Origin: Octopus vulgaris
Lineage: Eukaryota
Assembly: GCA_951406725.2 (NCBI GenBank)
Contig: OX597814.1
Location: 78,988,001-79,052,000, forward strand
Length of the DNA: 64,000 nucleotides
Reading direction: 5' to 3'
Shown here: positions 62,421 to 64,000 of the stretch, piece by piece
Layout of the letters: every line of letters starts with the position of its first letter
Numbering within the stretch: the stretch's first letter is position 1
Position numbers and translations under genes: made by a program
Notes under the pieces: generated by a model
What the model was told of the DNA's origin: nothing
The model's input: the letters and a program-made list of their open reading frames with translations, nothing else
Database searches by the model: none

Positions 62421-64000
62421 AAATTAAAAAGGAAATTTACTTTTATTTTGATTGGTTTAAATTCTAGCCATCTTTGAGTGTCTTAATCCTGAATATCTGC
62501 ATAGTAGTGAACTGGGTTCAAACTAAAAATCTTTATTCATAAATGAAAGATAACATTTTTATCAACTAGTCCACTGAGGCATACACAACTAATGTCATAT
62601 TTTTAGGTTATTCAAATTTATCATTTTGTAAAAGGGAGCCATACTGTGTTCATGTCAACCCTAAGCTTATTGACTGGCTCATCAGCAAGTATTAAATGCA
62701 TTGCCACCTTGATTTTTCTAAGTTTTCACTTTGGTTTTCTATCAATTATGGAAATTTAATTCCATAGCAGTTTATGATTACCGTTTTCTGTCATAATTGC
62801 GCTGGCCATTCCTAACTTTGAGGTTTCACCTCTCATTAAGGCTTTTTTTATATACCTTTATTCTAATTTTTAAGGGATTCCCAATTTCTCCTTTAGAATA
62901 CTTTCTGTAAATGTACAGGGTATTATAGAAACTATTCTAACGCTTTCACCATTCCTGAGTAGGTTCAACTTCAGTGAGGTATCTGAGAAGTGGGGTACTA
63001 ATATTGAACAGATTTCTGATGCTATATATGCTAAAGACTCTTTGAATTTTCTGAGAGAAAACTTTGTTGCAGGCAGAAACACCTTGGAGTTTGGTTTAAT
63101 ATATTTTATATCTTTAACACACCACGTATTTGTGGGAGGTCATATAAAAGCAAAACTGGTAGGTTCTTAACGTCAGAATATCATCAAAATCCCTAAAGAG
63201 AGGAGGAACATCTTTACCAATTCTATGCTATCAAAGTGAGATTTAAAAAGCATTTCTATTTATATTGTAGTAGAAGTATAATATTCATTAAAGTGAAACT
63301 AGAGGGATGAAAAGTAAGATCAACTAGCAAGATTTGAACTCAGCAAATAATAGATAAAAATGATGATGATAGCTATCTATTGCTATCAGTGTTACAATTT
63401 GACTTCAGTTTGTATGGTGATGATAGTAGCAAGAAATTTGTATTTTGGAACTAAGCTGCATATTTGTATTGAAGGGTTACAATTGATCAGTATCATTCTT
63501 GTGAATTACTGGTATTAATTTTATCAACACTGGAGGAATGAAGCTAAAGCTAGCAGGATTTTTGACTCAACAACAGAGAGCATTGGAACTAAATACAGAA
63601 AGGTAGTTTATCATTTTTTCTCTTTTTTTTACCCAAAGAAGTGTTTCAACAAAAATGTTGGAATTTACATGTTTGCCATGGTATACAAACTTATTCATAT
63701 TTGCAAATTTAACCTGACAACCATTTCTGCCAACTCACCAAGGTTCAATTATCTTTGTAACAGGTGCATGTCTTCTGTATAAATACAGCAATTGTTTTTA
63801 AACAGATGGGGGAGGGGGAAGAGAAAGGAAAAAAATCACTTTATCATTCCATCATGGAGAAGTCTTCAGCTTCCCCATACACATTTTTCTACGCACCACT
63901 GGGTTTTTATGTTTTCTTTGTCACAGTTCTCAGTGTCATATTACAGATTAATAGTCTATTTACTAAAGTGGGGGAGTAATCCTTGAATGCTTTATATACA

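Noticed and set aside
62600-63260. Possible LINE ORF1 remnant on the minus strand
   Set aside because: No diagnostic motif; cannot be supported by eye

Overview
AT-rich, repeat-dense eukaryotic genomic DNA. The SINE families and very long (TA)n/(CA)n/(TAA)n arrays look like an octopus (coleoid cephalopod) genome; this is inferred from repeat content, not verified. The main feature is an intact, GC/CpG-rich non-LTR retrotransposon with a restriction-like endonuclease (HERO-like; ORF 10079-13345), inserted in a (TA)n array. Its 3' UTR contains all three hammerhead-ribozyme core segments, but in a non-circularly permuted, pseudoknotted order. The window also holds Penelope-like fragments with minimal hammerheads, (TAA)n-embedded R4/Dong-type fragments, RTE and L1/Tx1 fragments, mariner relics, MITEs, many tRNA-derived SINEs, an ND5 NUMT and one 66-nt host exon on the minus strand. 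An 8.3-kb duplication across a 100-N gap is probably an assembly artefact. Most ORFs in the supplied track are microsatellite translations.
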